A stretch of 64,000 nt of DNA from a virus. Positions 28,408-38,789 of this stretch are shown here, one piece after another. Under the pieces are notes generated by a model. That model saw only the letters and a list, made by a program, of their open reading frames with translations. It ran no database searches and was not told where the DNA came from. A program made the translations under genes and the position numbers. The DNA lies in IMG/VR virus record IMGVR_UViG_3300009678_000058. One strand, written 5' to 3'. Each line of letters opens with the position of its first letter. Position 1 is the stretch's first letter.

Positions 28408-30510
28408 TTAAGGGTGTACAGGTTTGGTTATTGTAACACCATTGCTAAGTCTAACCAATGCTGTAACTGATGTCACAGTTACATCTGAAGTTGGTGCTTT
28501 AACTACTATGTACATCTCATCACTTGCAGATGCTCCACTATTATCAGTTACAGTTAGCCTTACTACTGTAGTACCTTCTGTCAGGTCTTGAACCATTGTA
28601 AGATATGAGTTAGGATTAGTGATGCTACCACTACCAGAAACTATGCTCCATAGTGGGGTAATAATACCATCTGAACCTGTGGCTGCACCAGCTATGATAA
28701 CTCTGCTAATAGGTAATGTGATTTCCCTGTCTGAACCTGCATTAGCAACAGGGGGTTCACCCTCTGCCTCTTCTGCCACTGTAATATTCACTGTATCCAA
28801 TGCAGTAGCTCCACGATTATCTGTGACCTTAAGTTGAAAGGTATGTAGTCCCGGAACTAACCCTGTAACAGTAGTAATTGCTGTATCAGGAGAAGTGATA
28901 GTAGCAGCCAGTGTAGTTATCTTAGTCCATTGATATGATGTGATAGTTCCATCTCCATCTGTACCTGCACCTGTCAGTGTCACAGTATCTTCCTCAGTAT
29001 CCTGATTAGGCCCTGCATTGGCAGTTGGAGGCTGATTAGGAACTGTATCTGTGATATTGATAGTACCTATGATATAGCTGCCATCAGATTGCCTGTCCTC
29101 ATTGTACAGTGGCATTGGTTGCCTGTATCCTGTAGGATCAGTGATAACAACAGCCAGTTTATATGCTCCCTGTGGCAGGCTGAAGGCTAAGCTGTCAGTA
29201 ACAGCAACAGGAGTGGTAGTAGGAAGGAAGAACTTTACTTCATGGCTGGATTTCTTGGCATATTCAACCTGACCACTTTCAGAGTATAGTCTTAATTCTA
29301 CATCCCAGTTCATATACACAGGGCATACACCACCATTTTTCCAGTTCAGGGTAACAGAGGCAGAGGTATTGGTGAAGCTGAAGCTACCACCAGATATCTG
29401 TATCTTGCTTCCAAGCAGGGCAAATCCTGCCCTGATGTTCTCCCTTGATTCAAGAGCTGAAGGATAACCACCATAGTTACCATTACCAATACTTGTTCCA
29501 TGATATAGCTCCACCTGTCTTACTAAGTCATAGAAATTACCAGTATTCCAGCCCGGAGGCTCACCAGTGATAGGCCCTGTCTTGTATTTATTTCTTGCTA
29601 GTTCCCCAAAGGTGGGAGAACCATCAAAGGTATAAGGATTGTTTTCAAGCACTGAAGAGAGATACTGATCATCAGCACTCCACTGATCTTTCCTGAAGCC
29701 TACCTGACCCCATGCATTCCTTGCATAGTGGGCATAGTGTCCCACTTCAGGATAAGGATGGAAGGCATCAATGAATGAAGCTCCACTGTCATAAGCTGCC
29801 ACCATGATGACCAGAGGCCATTTATCAAACACTTCAGTGTGAGTATCAATGATGGCTTTCAGAGCATTGATAGTAGGCTGTCTGCCAGCAGGGAAAGTAC
29901 TCCATGTACATACACCTGACACATGCCACTCACCCCAGCTACCAAAACCCCTGATGTCAATGAACTGTATGGCATCTGCAAACAGTACTTCCTTGCCTGC
30001 ATTTGGCCCATCATTAGGAGTATAGCTTGTCTCTAAAAGGTGATCTCTCATTTCCTGATGCAATGCCCTCAGACCTTCAATGTAGTTCTCACTATTCCAG
30101 TTTGGCATCCAGATACCATTTTTCTGCCAGTCCTTGTTGTTATCACTTTCATTCTGCATCTGCCTGTGCAGCCACAGTGGGTAATTGGCAGAGCTTCCAT
30201 CAGGATACTCATTCTCTCCCCTGTCAGCATTATAGGTCATGATACCAAATGAAAGCCTTTGGCCATTGTCAATAGCACTCCTGACAAGGCCATCAAAGTA
30301 ACCCCAGTCATAATTGGGTTCATTTGCTCCATCATCTATTTGTGTCCATGCAAACCTGTAATAGACATCAAGGGAATTTTCCTGGTTGACTGGTTGTGCT
30401 TCATTGGGGTAGCCAATTCTCTCAGTACTGTTATGCCATTGTTCAGGGCCAGATTCAGGTCTGATTATAGCAGTAGAGAATAATAGTGGTTTAAGAGATG
30501 ATGTTGCCAT
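28408..30510 (-). CDS. Glycoside-hydrolase-like (GH42/DUF4832-type) protein with two C-terminal PKD domains
   Basis: 700 aa. VYYRFAWTQI...YDWGYFD and IDIRGFGSWGEWH TIM-barrel-like motifs; NWKNGGVCPVY...GAYKLAVVITD beta-sandwich; two PPTANAGP..../PPVANAGSD PKD repeats. Confidence 0.65.
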   Translation of the reverse strand: MATSSLKPLLFSTAIIRPESGPEQWHNSTERIGYPNEAQPVNQENSLDVYYRFAWTQIDDGANEPNYDWGYFDGLVRSAIDNGQRLSFGIMTYNADRGENEYPDGSSANYPLWLHRQMQNESDNNKDWQKNGIWMPNWNSENYIEGLRALHQEMRDHLLETSYTPNDGPNAGKEVLFADAIQFIDIRGFGSWGEWHVSGVCTWSTFPAGRQPTINALKAIIDTHTEVFDKWPLVIMVAAYDSGASFIDAFHPYPEVGHYAHYARNAWGQVGFRKDQWSADDQYLSSVLENNPYTFDGSPTFGELARNKYKTGPITGEPPGWNTGNFYDLVRQVELYHGTSIGNGNYGGYPSALESRENIRAGFALLGSKIQISGGSFSFTNTSASVTLNWKNGGVCPVYMNWDVELRLYSESGQVEYAKKSSHEVKFFLPTTTPVAVTDSLAFSLPQGAYKLAVVITDPTGYRQPMPLYNEDRQSDGSYIIGTINITDTVPNQPPTANAGPNQDTEEDTVTLTGAGTDGDGTITSYQWTKITTLAATITSPDTAITTVTGLVPGLHTFQLKVTDNRGATALDTVNITVAEEAEGEPPVANAGSDREITLPISRVIIAGAATGSDGIITPLWSIVSGSGSITNPNSYLTMVQDLTEGTTVVRLTVTDNSGASASDEMYIVVKAPTSDVTVTSVTALVRLSNGVTITKPVHP

Positions 30511-30538
30511 AAATATTTGTTTTACTGGTTTATAATTA

Positions 30539-31504
30539 CTAAGGTCTTGAAGTTGTAAGTCTTTGCCATGATTTTATGTAATCTATATACATGCCTCTTA
30601 AAGTTGTTCCCACTGATTTTATTATCTGGAAGCATGGTTGAGCAACATTATTAAATACTACCAATGCTACTGAGCCTGCCAGTACATTATTGATATAATA
30701 ATCTGCCTGTGTTGCTAATTCATTTACAAATATCTCAAATAGATGAGAACCCGGTGCTACTGGAATAGTAGTAACAAATGAAGTCCTCACACCATTCTTT
30801 GCTGTCTTTAATTGCCAATTAGGTGAAATTAACCTGTCATACTCAAAATAAACTCCATTGTCTGTATCAACAGGGGCAGATGCACCCATTAGTCCAAACC
30901 TAAGAGTAAATTCTTCCAATGCTGTTGAGATATTATCAAATCTTGGTGCAAACATCTTAAAATATACTGCTCCTGTTTGAAAAATAAATCCTGATCCTGC
31001 ATTATTTAATGAACCCTGATACAGGATAACTCTACCTGTTGCACTGACTCCTGTATTTGCATGTAGTACTGTACCTGATATTGGAGCAACATATGATGGT
31101 GTAGCAACTCCACCTGTTACACCATAGTAGAATTCCCATACAAAACCAGCAGCACCTATCCTATGAAAATCATCAAAGACCATGATAAACTGCTCCCTGT
31201 CTGGTGGGATCATATTCCACCTGCCATTTAAGTAATAGTACTTAGCAGCAGGTGCATCTCTTGCATCATCAGTCTGAAAGAACTCATCTCCATTAACAGG
31301 AGTAGCATTCACCTTATCAGCATAAGTTCCTGTAACACCTCCTGATAACTGTCTTGATAACTGCTCTGCATTAACAGTTCTTATCAGCTTATTCTCTATT
31401 ACCATATAGCCTTCAGGGATAGCTTTAGCTGGTGGAGGATTTTCAATAGCATCCACCCTCCTGTCAAGCTGATTAAGTTTAGAAAGTTCTTGAGGTAATA
31501 TCAT
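30539..31504 (-). CDS. Tail fibre / receptor-binding protein
   Basis: 321 aa. Short N-terminal coiled coil shared with the 209-aa neighbour; QTDDARDAPAAKYYY module and C-terminal lectin-like domain shared with the 456-aa protein. Confidence 0.6.
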   Translation of the reverse strand: MILPQELSKLNQLDRRVDAIENPPPAKAIPEGYMVIENKLIRTVNAEQLSRQLSGGVTGTYADKVNATPVNGDEFFQTDDARDAPAAKYYYLNGRWNMIPPDREQFIMVFDDFHRIGAAGFVWEFYYGVTGGVATPSYVAPISGTVLHANTGVSATGRVILYQGSLNNAGSGFIFQTGAVYFKMFAPRFDNISTALEEFTLRFGLMGASAPVDTDNGVYFEYDRLISPNWQLKTAKNGVRTSFVTTIPVAPGSHLFEIFVNELATQADYYINNVLAGSVALVVFNNVAQPCFQIIKSVGTTLRGMYIDYIKSWQRLTTSRP

Positions 31505-32130
31505 AAGCTTGGCTTATTTACTTTAGGTTTTTGTATCTGAACCTGACCACCCTGACCCTGAATTATTTCATCTTTAAGTGTTTTTAATAACTCCACTAAT
31601 GACTGAGAATACACTCTCACTTCAACAAAGGTATTACTTAAGTGATCATTAGCTGGAAGACCTGTGACAAGATCAGTAGTAACTATCTCTATGGTACTGG
31701 TATCAAGCCAAACTCCTGTAACCTTAGTGCTGGTCATGTTATCTATAGGAATGATAGCAGTTCTTCCTACTGGAAATACACTAACAGCAGTCAGGATATA
31801 CCTGCCAACAGCTTCATAGACCCATGTTGGATTTTTCTTTAATGAGTTGTCCAATAGCACAGCTACAGGAGCAGTAGTTCCTGTCTGGGAAAGTAAGGCT
31901 GCATAAGCATTATAAGAAAGACCAGCATTAGGATTACCGGGAATAGTATCAGGTCTGCCACCACTGTTAAGTACTTCCAGAGCCTTTGCCATAGGTACAG
32001 CAGATAGTTTCATATTTGACATTACCATAAGACTTTCAGGGCCTATGTTGGAAGGTGGAGGATTCTCTATCTCTGTAATCCTTCTCTCAAGATTATTAAG
32101 TCGTGATATTAAGTTACCTATATTGCTCAT
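31501..32130 (-). CDS. Tail fibre-associated protein
   Basis: 209 aa. N-terminus LNNLERRITEIENPPP is paralogous to the 321-aa gene. YAALLSQTGTTAP...YEAVGRY domain typical of small fibre proteins. Confidence 0.5.
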   Translation of the reverse strand: MSNIGNLISRLNNLERRITEIENPPPSNIGPESLMVMSNMKLSAVPMAKALEVLNSGGRPDTIPGNPNAGLSYNAYAALLSQTGTTAPVAVLLDNSLKKNPTWVYEAVGRYILTAVSVFPVGRTAIIPIDNMTSTKVTGVWLDTSTIEIVTTDLVTGLPANDHLSNTFVEVRVYSQSLVELLKTLKDEIIQGQGGQVQIQKPKVNKPSL

Positions 32131-32149
32131 AAGGATAATAATTTAATGA

Positions 32150-33520
32150 TTAAGGTCTTATTACTGTTAATCTCTGCCATGCTTTTATATAATCCAAAGT
32201 TATAGTTCTGGGAGTAGTTCCTGCTGATTTCATTAACTGGAATATTGGAGAGCCAAATACAACAAAAGGAAAAGCTAAAGGTGTAACACTACCAACTAAT
32301 ACATCATTAATATAGTAATCAGCTTGTGTAGCTGCTGCATTCACAAATATCTCAAATAAGATAGTACCTGTAGCAACAGGTACAAGACTGTCAAGAGTTG
32401 TCCTGACTGCATTCTTTGCTGTTCTTAATAACCAGTTAGCAGAGGTGAGCCTGTTATATTCAAAATAAACTCCTCCATCCAGATCAGCACTTAAACCTCC
32501 TGCACCAAAAAAGCCAAGACCCACCCTGATAGTAAATTCTTCTCCTACTGTTGAAAGGATAGGAAAGTCTATAGTACTGCACTTAAAGTAACATGCACCA
32601 CCTGTGAAGTATAAACCTCCTGAAGAGTTGTTAAGAGAACCTGCATATAATGTTACCCTGCCTGTATTGATAGCAGCAGTACTGAATACCACTGCTCCTG
32701 GCCTGTTTGCATATAAGCCAGTAGGAGTGGCTGAACCTGTTATGGCATAAAAGAACCTGTTAGTGCTGACACCATTGCCACCTACTAAGAGAAAGTCCTC
32801 AAATGCATAGACTAATTGCTCTGGATTGAGGAGAAGATAATTCCACCTGCCATTAGCATAGTAATACTTGCCAGCAGGTGCATCCCTGACATCATCAGTC
32901 TGTATAAACTCCATTCCGGGAACAGGAGTAGCAATAGCTACCCTGTTAGCAGCAGTTCCTATATTGCTGACTTCAACCAAAGCACAGGAGAGAAATAGCT
33001 GTGTGGCAGTGTTAAGTGGAGCCAATGCAGGATTATTGGAAGGTGCACCTGCAAGCACTACTGTCAAGCCTAAGTTATTAAGTACAAAGCTGTCAAGCCT
33101 GTTATAGAGTGGACTGGGTGCAGTAAGTACAAAGTCAAAGCCAGCAGGATTAGTGATGGTCTGATCAAATTTGACCTTATTGATATAATAGATAGCAGGA
33201 GAGACATGATAACCATAACCACCAGTCCATGTAACCTCACCTCCACTGACAACTCCATATTTCACCAAGCCTGAAGTGTATAAGCCATCTGGAAGCACTG
33301 CAATATCATTATCAGGTTGAGGGGATATAAGTGCAACAGCTTTCAGGGGAGTGGCTGACTTGCCAGTTCCCTGAAGGTCTATACTTGCTGTATCCTCTAC
33401 TTTGATTTCAGCATCAGTAAGAGCTTCAGCCATAGCAATATCTATAAGAGATTTGATATAACAATCAAGGCTCTTGATGTCACTGAAGTTTGAAGATAGT
33501 ATTTGATGTGTCTTACTCAT
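32150..33520 (-). CDS. Tail fibre protein
   Basis: 456 aa. N-terminal DTASIDLQGTG...DNDIAVLPDGLY fibre adaptor motif; C-terminal half paralogous to the 321-aa protein. Confidence 0.65.
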   Translation of the reverse strand: MSKTHQILSSNFSDIKSLDCYIKSLIDIAMAEALTDAEIKVEDTASIDLQGTGKSATPLKAVALISPQPDNDIAVLPDGLYTSGLVKYGVVSGGEVTWTGGYGYHVSPAIYYINKVKFDQTITNPAGFDFVLTAPSPLYNRLDSFVLNNLGLTVVLAGAPSNNPALAPLNTATQLFLSCALVEVSNIGTAANRVAIATPVPGMEFIQTDDVRDAPAGKYYYANGRWNYLLLNPEQLVYAFEDFLLVGGNGVSTNRFFYAITGSATPTGLYANRPGAVVFSTAAINTGRVTLYAGSLNNSSGGLYFTGGACYFKCSTIDFPILSTVGEEFTIRVGLGFFGAGGLSADLDGGVYFEYNRLTSANWLLRTAKNAVRTTLDSLVPVATGTILFEIFVNAAATQADYYINDVLVGSVTPLAFPFVVFGSPIFQLMKSAGTTPRTITLDYIKAWQRLTVIRP

Positions 33521-33529
33521 TGATTATAA

Positions 33530-35674
33530 TTACAAGGTACAAGTATTGAGAATAGCATCAGCAGCCCCCAAGAACCTTACCTGAATGGTGTAATTCACTC
33601 CACCAAGACCACCAAAGCTGCCTGCATAATAAAATAATGTTGGATCATTTATTGTCACTGGACTACCTTCCACTGATGCAGTGCCAATGTTATAGGCATA
33701 TATCTGCATCTTCAATACAGCAGGATTATTAATAACTGAAGCTGCCACAGCAACTTCATAGTTGAGAGTTGCTCCTGAGAATGTAGTTACCACATCAGTG
33801 GGACAAGCTGTATTCAGTGTCAGTGGACAGGTAACAAGATCAGTGGAATCAGGTATATAGTTAGGGTTAGGATTGCCATCACCGTCAAGCACAGTATTAT
33901 TTGCAGTTTCTCCTGTTGGAGCATTGCCATCATTAGCATCCACTTCCTGTAATGTCACTACAATCTTCTTTCCTGTATTCTGACTACCAGTAGTAGTGCT
34001 GACAAGAGTAATAACACCATCAGTTGCAGATGCAGGCATACCACTCCATGCACCCAAGCCAGGAGATGTGCCAACCACATTAGTAGTTCCCGGAATACCA
34101 GCACCATTGATGTAATATTGGTTCTCAAACATATTGCTGAAGACAAAACCAGTCCTGTTCATCAGGTACATTCTCTTAATGGGGCTTGCATCAACACTAT
34201 TATTTATCCCTGTATAGCCTATATACAAGTCACCATTGACAGGGTTAATCATGCCATTGTAGCCTGCATTAGCCTTACCCTGCCTGTTCACTGCATCTAT
34301 TGTTTGTACCACAGTATGAGTGACTACATCTATGATGAACAGCTTGCTTGAGCCTATATCTGTGATAAACATCCTCTGTGAAACAGGATCATAGAAGCCA
34401 CCCTGCCAGTACTTGCTTCCACCACCAGTCCATGTAGCAGCTCCCGGAAGTGTTATCACAGCAATTGATGTATCCAAAGCTGTATTATATACTCCTACTG
34501 TACCTGTTGTACCATTACTGGTTATTGCATATAGTTCATTTGTAGCTGTAGCTTCAATTAACTGGATTACTCCACCTAAGAAGTTTCCATTGAGAGGTAT
34601 CCCTGCAATAGGCACTGTGCTGAGTATGGTTTGTGTCTCCCTGTTGATGATGATAATACTGATAGCAGCATCATTACAGTATATCCTGTTACTGGTAACT
34701 GTCAGTAATGTTCTATTAAAAGCTCCATTAGTACCAAAAGCAGCAGGAGTAGTGACTGTATCAGTGATGATATTATAGACCAGCATTCCTCCTGTATTTG
34801 CACCTACAAAATAGATCTTCTTGTTTGGGCCATCTATGTAAGTATTGTATAATGCAGGATCAATGATCTGTGTGGAGTGAGTCATGTGTGCAGGAAGGGT
34901 AGCTGTATCAGGATTGAACCAGTATACATTACCTGCTGCATCATCCTGATCAGCAATATAGACAAGATTGGAAGCAACATCATACCATGCAGTATAAGGA
35001 GAGGAGAGACCAGATATAGTCTTCACCACACCAAATCCACCTTCTTTCTCACACTGTACAGCAAGAGGAATCCAGATAAGGTCTTCCACTATTACTGGTG
35101 CATCAGTGGTGAGATTATAAGGCCCGCATACTGTATTGAGATAGGAGGACTGTGAAGAGTTGACCTCTACTCCATTGATGGTAGTATAGAGGACAGTTTG
35201 CCAGTAATAAGCAGTGCTGCCTGTTAGTCCTGTGGCTGTAGCTATAGCCTGATTTGCCACACTGGTTATGATAGTAGGGCCAAAGACAATGGTATTATCA
35301 CTGGCCTTGCGCAGAGTAAACCTTACTTTAGTGATAGCAGTGCCAACCAAGCTGACCACAGCCTGTGCAGTAACATCAGTATTGGAGAGAACTGGCTCAA
35401 TGCAGACAAAGGCTATCTGCTCCCTTGTGCCATTATTATTGGAAACAGGGCCATTCTCTGTACATTCACTCTCCACTTTAAACTCTACTATCCTGTTGGC
35501 ATCAAGGCTACATATATCAATTACATTTTGAGATGTAGGCATAGGATTGGCATCATCAAAACCTGTGTTAAGCCAAGGAACATCACCTTTATACCTCCAA
35601 TAAGCTGTCTGTGTAGTATTATTGGGGTTGGCCAGAACCTCTGTGTTATCCCATGCAAGTGAAAAACATGCCAT
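33530..35674 (-). CDS. Virion appendage protein: FN3/Ig-like domains plus beta-propeller
   Basis: 714 aa. N-terminal beta-sandwich repeats (GLTGSTAYYWQ); central YVTN-like blade repeats (YDVASNLVYIAD, YIDGPNKKIYF, YDPVSQRMFITD). Confidence 0.55.
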   Translation of the reverse strand: MACFSLAWDNTEVLANPNNTTQTAYWRYKGDVPWLNTGFDDANPMPTSQNVIDICSLDANRIVEFKVESECTENGPVSNNNGTREQIAFVCIEPVLSNTDVTAQAVVSLVGTAITKVRFTLRKASDNTIVFGPTIITSVANQAIATATGLTGSTAYYWQTVLYTTINGVEVNSSQSSYLNTVCGPYNLTTDAPVIVEDLIWIPLAVQCEKEGGFGVVKTISGLSSPYTAWYDVASNLVYIADQDDAAGNVYWFNPDTATLPAHMTHSTQIIDPALYNTYIDGPNKKIYFVGANTGGMLVYNIITDTVTTPAAFGTNGAFNRTLLTVTSNRIYCNDAAISIIIINRETQTILSTVPIAGIPLNGNFLGGVIQLIEATATNELYAITSNGTTGTVGVYNTALDTSIAVITLPGAATWTGGGSKYWQGGFYDPVSQRMFITDIGSSKLFIIDVVTHTVVQTIDAVNRQGKANAGYNGMINPVNGDLYIGYTGINNSVDASPIKRMYLMNRTGFVFSNMFENQYYINGAGIPGTTNVVGTSPGLGAWSGMPASATDGVITLVSTTTGSQNTGKKIVVTLQEVDANDGNAPTGETANNTVLDGDGNPNPNYIPDSTDLVTCPLTLNTACPTDVVTTFSGATLNYEVAVAASVINNPAVLKMQIYAYNIGTASVEGSPVTINDPTLFYYAGSFGGLGGVNYTIQVRFLGAADAILNTCTL

Positions 35675-35688
35675 TGTTGAATAGTTTA

Positions 35689-36312
35689 TTATGGTTCAAA
35701 ATAAGAGGCCACTATCATTCCCATAGGTCTTGAGCATACAACAGGAAGAAGAGCTGTCACTACTAAGCCTTCAGGCCCAAAACAAGGCTGGTAAGCAAAT
35801 CCACACTGCATACCATCAGGAGTAAGATAACAGCTTATATCATCCTCACAATCATTGGCATCCACTATAGTCACTCCTATCAGTGATGTCATGGTTTCCA
35901 ATACCTGACCCTCTTTCAGTTTCAATTTTACTTCAGGGAGACCATTAGCACCTACCAGTTCAAAATCATCACTCTCAAAAGTCCAGAGATAAGACTTGAA
36001 GGGCAATGTTCCTCCCACATAGTTCAGGACTTTAATATCAAAGATAATATCAGCTTCAGGGTTAGCAGGTGGATTTAAAGTAGCTGATATACTGAGCAGA
36101 TTAAAGTTACAAGTGAAATTAACTGCCTGATCTTTTTCACAAGGTGGGGCAGGATAACAAATATGATGATAAATGTCAGCACAGTTCAGGTATTCAAGAT
36201 AGTTTTCAATGAAAATCTTAGTGTTGTCACTGGGACAGGTAAAGCCATATTGCAGCTCTGCCAAGTCTTTCAATACCACATCTACTATATTACATTTAGC
36301 AACCACAGTCAT
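35689..36312 (-). CDS. Putative tail hub protein
   Basis: 207 aa, Cys-rich; synteny after the auxiliary capsid and hub genes. Confidence 0.4.
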   Translation of the reverse strand: MTVVAKCNIVDVVLKDLAELQYGFTCPSDNTKIFIENYLEYLNCADIYHHICYPAPPCEKDQAVNFTCNFNLLSISATLNPPANPEADIIFDIKVLNYVGGTLPFKSYLWTFESDDFELVGANGLPEVKLKLKEGQVLETMTSLIGVTIVDANDCEDDISCYLTPDGMQCGFAYQPCFGPEGLVVTALLPVVCSRPMGMIVASYFEP

Positions 36313-37219
36313 TAATTAAGTTAGGGTCAGCAGTATCCAATATGTTAATTAAACCTTTGAAAGCTTCACAGAGTCCATCACAATTACAGGCACAGTTTGA
36401 GCCATTGACAAGACCATAATGAAGCATAATAGCAGTGCTGCCCATCTTCTCAAGATTCACATCCTCAGTCTCCTTCAAGGCACTGTCAAGTAGTCCAGCT
36501 ACCCTGCACTTGGTAGTCATATCAATGAAGGCACAGTTTTCCTCATAAATATAACCTTCTCCTCCCTCTTTTATCCATTTGATAGAAAACTTATATATAC
36601 CATCAACAAACTCAGTAGCTCCATTAAAGAACTCAGGCTTGACATAGATGGCCTCTTCCTCTGTATTGAAGTAGTAAATATTGCTGGCAGGGAGAGTCTG
36701 GCCAAAGGGAATGGGGGTGTAGGGAAAAACTGTACCATACATGGCATCAGTAATAACATAGTTGTCAGGAATGCCCTCCACATTCATGATATTGCCACCA
36801 GTGAAAGTAATGATAACATCAGTGACAATGGACAGGTTAGTTAAGAACCACTGATCAATAGCAGTCTTCATGGAAGAAGGATCAAAGCCAACACTCTCCA
36901 AAGTACAGTTATTGGTGCCACATGTGCCCAAGACAGGAGACAGGTCAACATCAACAATAATAGCTTGGCGATTAACACTAAAGATGGACTGGATACCTAT
37001 CTCAGATAATGTTTCCTGCTTATTTACAGCTTCAGATAAATCTGCTGACCAAGTAGCTTCCGCAGTGAGATCAAATGAAAAAGTACTGACCTGATCAGTA
37101 CAATTTTCCTTACAGCAATTGATGTTGCCAGTCAGGATAAAGCTCTCTATGGTGAAGTCTTCTAGTTCATCTGCAAAGTCAGTCAGTTTAATATAGTTAT
37201 GATACTTTAATATGACCAT
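36296..37219 (-). CDS. Putative tail hub protein
   Basis: 307 aa. C-terminal FVDGIYKFSIKW...CAFID..TKCRV...CACNCD resembles crAss hub proteins; synteny. Confidence 0.5.
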   Translation of the reverse strand: MVILKYHNYIKLTDFADELEDFTIESFILTGNINCCKENCTDQVSTFSFDLTAEATWSADLSEAVNKQETLSEIGIQSIFSVNRQAIIVDVDLSPVLGTCGTNNCTLESVGFDPSSMKTAIDQWFLTNLSIVTDVIITFTGGNIMNVEGIPDNYVITDAMYGTVFPYTPIPFGQTLPASNIYYFNTEEEAIYVKPEFFNGATEFVDGIYKFSIKWIKEGGEGYIYEENCAFIDMTTKCRVAGLLDSALKETEDVNLEKMGSTAIMLHYGLVNGSNCACNCDGLCEAFKGLINILDTADPNLINDCGC

Positions 37220-37244
37220 GAGAATAGAAGTTTAAAAATGTCAG

Positions 37245-37272
37245 ATAAAAGTAAGGGCAGTGGAAACTGCCC
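37245..37272 (-). terminator. Rho-independent terminator after the auxiliary capsid gene
   Basis: 7-bp stem GGGCAGT/ACTGCCC with a 4-nt loop, followed on the minus strand by TACTTTT. Confidence 0.65.
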
Positions 37273-37301
37273 CTCTCAGATCAATTAAGATATACACATT
37301 A

Positions 37302-38759
37302 TTAAGACAAACTTTCTATTCCATCTGTAGCAGCAACCAGTGTTGTAGTAGCCACATTTGTACAACCATCATTAGCAGCAATGTCATCAGCAAATGTCCC
37401 AAATTGTGTGAAGATCAGGGCAAAGAATGCTCCTATTGAAGTTGTTGTGACTGTATCAGCACAAGGCACAGCTATGATAGTTTCAAGATTATTCAGGTAT
37501 TCAAGCCATCCTCCCACACTTGCCTGATCATAGGCAAGGATCACAGTGTTGTAATTGGCACCCGGAGTAGCATAATAAATTGTACCACCATTTCTTTCAA
37601 GACCATGCACTGCAGAAGTCCTGTAAGGGCCAGGTTGACCATTTGTGCCTCCTGACATGTATTCCAATTGGCGGATATCATAGCCACTGCCTTCACTGTT
37701 TGCAGCTTCAGTTACTACTGTAACTGTACCACTGCATTCAAAACCAACAGGCAGGGAAACAATAAAGTCAATATTGCGATTCTTTACATATTTCAGGTTG
37801 ATAGAGCCATTATAGCCATTGATAGCCATTGGCACACCTGTAATCCTGATGCCGGCACCTGCTCCCACATAAGTGGACTGGAAGGTATCAAAGGCAGCAC
37901 CAGCAGCAATAGAGGTCTTGGTAGCTGCAACAATGGGAGTAATGGTCATACCAGTTACAGGAGTGGTGTAAACCAAGGTTTCAGTTGAACCTGAAACAGA
38001 GGTCACAGGATAGATGCTGATCACACCTGCTGCATTGGTAGCCCTGTAAGGAGAACCAGTCTGTGTGTTGATCTTGGTGACAATCTTGCCAGCAGCTATT
38101 GTCACAGTATCACCAGTGGTCACTGGCACTGTGTAGGCAGTAGTACCTATGGTAATCACTGCATCTGCTGTGGCAGTAGGGCCTGCTGCTACTGTAGCAG
38201 TTATCTTGTTGACAACATAACTGGCAGTAAGCATACCATCAGGATCAGCATTGATCTGGTTGACAATTTGTTCTGCAATCTCATTAGGATCACCAGTACC
38301 ACAATCCTCACAGGCATCTGCACAACAACCTGTTCTTGCATTGTAAGACTTGGTGAACTGGTTGAAGCCACTTTCAACATATACCTGACCATTGCGGATT
38401 TCAATTTTTACCACATAGTCCTCCTCACATCTTGCAGTGATACCCATGATATCCACCACTTTGGCAATGTCAGCTACAGTACCCCTGTAGGTGAGGGCTT
38501 TCACATTGCGGTTCTGGATTACCTGACCTGCTGATGTCTTGATGTCCTGTATAGAACCTACAGCACCGGGATCAACACCTACAGCAAGGTATATGTCTCT
38601 GCAATCAGTGGCCACAGAACCATCAACTGATAATCCTGTATGAAAATTAAATACTCCAAGCTGACCTACTGCTAGTGTATTAGGTCTTGCACCAGCAGCT
38701 AATAGTGCAGCATTACCAGAAGTAACTAATACTTGTGAAACAGGGTTTGTTGTTGCCAT
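37302..38759 (-). CDS. Auxiliary capsid / capsid decoration protein
   Basis: 485 aa, Thr/Ala/Gly-rich and beta-rich with an Ig-like insert. Followed by a terminator. Position after the ring gene matches crAss auxiliary capsid proteins. Confidence 0.6.
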   Translation of the reverse strand: MATTNPVSQVLVTSGNAALLAAGARPNTLAVGQLGVFNFHTGLSVDGSVATDCRDIYLAVGVDPGAVGSIQDIKTSAGQVIQNRNVKALTYRGTVADIAKVVDIMGITARCEEDYVVKIEIRNGQVYVESGFNQFTKSYNARTGCCADACEDCGTGDPNEIAEQIVNQINADPDGMLTASYVVNKITATVAAGPTATADAVITIGTTAYTVPVTTGDTVTIAAGKIVTKINTQTGSPYRATNAAGVISIYPVTSVSGSTETLVYTTPVTGMTITPIVAATKTSIAAGAAFDTFQSTYVGAGAGIRITGVPMAINGYNGSINLKYVKNRNIDFIVSLPVGFECSGTVTVVTEAANSEGSGYDIRQLEYMSGGTNGQPGPYRTSAVHGLERNGGTIYYATPGANYNTVILAYDQASVGGWLEYLNNLETIIAVPCADTVTTTSIGAFFALIFTQFGTFADDIAANDGCTNVATTTLVAATDGIESLS

Positions 38760-38789
38760 TTTTTTGAATATTTAAGATATAAATTATTA

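Noticed and set aside
30539-33520. Diversity-generating retroelement or invertase-driven fibre switching
   Set aside because: No reverse transcriptase or recombinase in the window, the repeats are direct, and differences are not confined to adenines.
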